From the NCBI GenBank assembly GCA_032718475.1, contig JAUCBJ010008373.1:6350-70349 (forward strand): DNA of 64,000 bases. The letters run 5' to 3'. The notes under the pieces are model-generated. The model saw nothing but the letters and a program-made list of their open reading frames with translations. It was not told the DNA's origin and ran no database searches. A program made the translations under genes and the position numbers. This DNA is from Nemertoderma westbladi. Taxonomy: Eukaryota > Animalia > Xenacoelomorpha. Positions 62,671-64,000 of this stretch are shown one piece after another. Each line of letters starts with the position of its first letter. Position 1 is the first letter of the stretch.

Positions 62671-63756
62671 AATTAAGGCAAAACTCTGCGGAAAATAATA
62701 TTACGATAAAAATTACTTAAATTAATAAGAATAAACGCACCTTATGTAGGGATTTTAATGGATAAATTTAAAGGGAAATGGATGTATTTGATAGCAAATA
62801 CAACACTGTACGAAAAGTTTACTACCATCGGTGAAAAGGCTAACTAATACCATAACTAAAGGATTAAAATATCGATTTCCGAAGGTGTTTAAAAAGAGTA
62901 ATTAATTAATTTATTTATTGTCAATAGAATGTACAACAAACTCTTTAATGTACTTTGAACTCCGGATGGGGAATACGATAGCCATAGTAGTGGCCATAGT
63001 AACTGCACTAATCCCGATTCGCATGCGAATAAACTCTGTAGTCAGTCGATGGGAGGTTAAACCGATGTGATGCGAGCTGTTACTACGGTTACTGTTGTTG
63101 TATGTAGTTCATGCATAACTTAGTTACTTTTCGACCTACGACCTACATGCATAGTTCATAAATCATTTAAATTAGTACTCAGTACTACCACATAAACATT
63201 ATTTATGATAATTAATGGTGGAGATCCATCTCTCTACTTTGAATTACTATAGATCACGGATCCTGAGTCCTACAAAATCTACAGGACTCAGACTCCAAAA
63301 TCTACCACTATTTTGTAGCCGCCTGTCTTTCAGTTACTTTCACTTTTGATGATGCATCAGTGTACTTTGCAGTACTACACTGTACAGTATAGTTGCTTCG
63401 GTCACCAAACTGATGCTTTATCTTCATTAAAAATGAAGTTTAACACGATGGTTTAAATTAAGCCCACGTTATTACACGAGTCGCCTATTTTTTCAATTTT
63501 CTAAAAATATTTTTTGGAAACATTTTGGTCTGTGTCGGAGTCTTGTTGGCGTCGGAGTCTAAATTATTTTTTTACGTCTGAGTCCTCGATTTTGTCAGGA
63601 CTATGGAACCATGCTTGGATGCTATAGTCTGACAATCTACATGACTCATGTACAATGAAAACTTTTAGTCATTTAATGTCATTTAATATATAGGCCCTAA
63701 TATTTATTACATTAACTAAAATACTTGAGAGTTACATCATATGACGCATTAATATT

Positions 63757-64000
63757 AATACTACTAGGATCGGCATGCTGCATTGCAGCTGCATTTTTAA
63801 GAATGCTGTGCCGGCTTATCGACAAAATTGCACCGCCACAACTCCCTATCACCCATGACATTTGCTATATCATCCGCATCTTCAAGGCCAGTGTCCTTTA
63901 AGATGCGTCTCAAGAAAGTCATGGGCTGTCCACCATGCTTATTCACTCCATGAGGCTGCCAAAGTACAAGATTATGCACTGGCTGGTCCTCACGGCGAAA
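63757..64000 (-). mobile_element. RTE-like LINE 3' end (second copy, runs off the window)
   Basis: About 240 bp nearly identical to 22033-22270, with the same GCATGCCGATCC-TAGTAGT end. Confidence 0.9.

Overview
Repeat-rich eukaryotic DNA, most likely an invertebrate animal, judged from spliceosomal GT-AG introns, RNA polymerase I subunit 2 and animal-type retroelements. The species cannot be read from the sequence. (1) 1-16400 is a large, mildly decayed BEL/Pao LTR retrotransposon that probably begins upstream of the window. Its gag-pol (36-7628) is followed by a nested TIR element with a 16-bp satellite, then a ~4.25-kb extra reading frame (11411-15665, about 1,400 aa once one frameshift and one stop are repaired). 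That frame is not Env-like: it has motifs resembling a WRN/RNase D-type DEDDy 3'-5' exonuclease and three CCHC-like zinc knuckles. A PPT and a candidate TGTAA...TTACA LTR (15744-16400) follow. (2) A very young Ty3/gypsy element (24326-29423) has identical 221-bp LTRs, TSD ATAGG and an unexpected hydrophobic, TM-like insert between protease and RT. (3) Host genes: an intronless cysteine desulfurase-TtcA fusion (31111-34086), an intronless dienelactone hydrolase (37119-37916), three-exon POLR1B (50138-57756, minus) and a secreted cysteine-rich, probably GPI-anchored protein (61549-62670, minus). (4) The rest is LINE fragments, MITEs/foldbacks with readable TSDs, a tRNA-derived head and tandem repeats. 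All domain calls come from motif recognition by eye, with no database search.
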